The translations under genes were made by a program, and so were the position numbers. The notes beneath the pieces were generated by a model. The model saw only the letters and a list, made by a program, of their open reading frames with translations. It made no database searches and was not told the DNA's origin. A DNA stretch of 64,000 bases, from NCBI GenBank assembly GCA_965645245.1, contig OZ287083.1, positions 1,178,001-1,242,000 of the forward strand, in the 5' to 3' direction. Below, in pieces: positions 63,392-64,000 of the stretch. Source of the DNA: Massalongia carnosa (taxonomy: Eukaryota). Position 1 is the first letter of the stretch. Every line of letters starts with the position of its first letter.

Positions 63392-64000
63392 ATGCAACTG
63401 AGTCCCACGCTATCGCTAGGACTCTATTTGCTGATTGATCTCCTGGTGTCAAACTTGGTAGCTGCTATACTTAGCGTCAGTCAACTAGCATGTACAGTTT
63501 CATCATCTTCATTCTCGCCGTGGCAACCACCTACCTCGGCCAATATCAACTTAGGTCAATTTCACAGAGCTAGCAAAACTTTTCAGTTCGATATAGTCGC
63601 TGGTCTCTTCGAAAGCGACCTTCAAAAAAAGCAATTTTCAGCGGGCTTGGAAGAGTCACTGTCTTTGCAAGTTTTAATATCCCTATCTTGACCTTCACAC
63701 CAAGATTCGCTGCAGAACCTCCCTCAGCAGCTGATGCGGTTGCGCAGGCCAACTTTGGCAACTCCACCTTGACGAGCGAACTATTGCGATATTTGATCAT
63801 GAATGGAACTTATGATTCTACTTTTCTCAAAGGTGGTTGGAAGTTTTTGCCTATTTTCCTAAACGACCCCCGAACCTATCATCTCAGCCAGCCAGCAAAA
63901 ATCTAGGTGCTCTCTGATGACCAAAACTTTCTTCTAGAACGGGCGTGACTTTTATGCTATATTTTTATGCTTAAGTAAGCGCTCTGTTGCATTCCTGATT
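63392..64000 (+). CDS. 5' part of a putative secreted protein (possibly fasciclin-like), truncated by the window end
   Basis: TATAAA at ~63371, signal-peptide-like MQLSPTLSLGLYLLIDLLVSNLVAA, GT-AG introns, LLRYLIMNGTY segment. Confidence 0.4.

Noticed and set aside
1..64000. CRISPR arrays, rRNA or tRNA genes
   Set aside because: None recognised by eye; tRNAscan-SE or Infernal would be needed to exclude small RNA genes.

Overview
Eukaryotic DNA from a filamentous ascomycete (Pezizomycotina inferred from gene content, short GT-AG introns with CTRAC branch sites and a Pth11-like gene). A housekeeping block (peroxisomal thiolase, PAB1, HECT E3 ligase, mitochondrial rpL27, UTP14, GH81 glucanase, epsin) is interspersed with pseudogenes (DUF4139, VIT-vWA) and four mobile elements: a decaying MULE (1014-3786), a Fot1/Pogo-like relic (47298-49199) carrying a 5'-truncated LINE, and an apparently intact Ngaro-type tyrosine-recombinase retrotransposon (55076-59939, minus strand) with identical split direct repeats A1-gag-RT/RH-YR-B1-A2-B2. 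The standout is this element's apparent expression strategy. Gag and pol are in frame, separated by one UAG followed by a strand-specific stem-loop (candidate readthrough). The recombinase ORF has no ATG start but lies just behind a canonical branch point and 3' splice site that is phase-compatible with a donor in gag (candidate spliced Gag-YR mRNA). All calls were made by eye; no searches were run, and exon boundaries are manual predictions.
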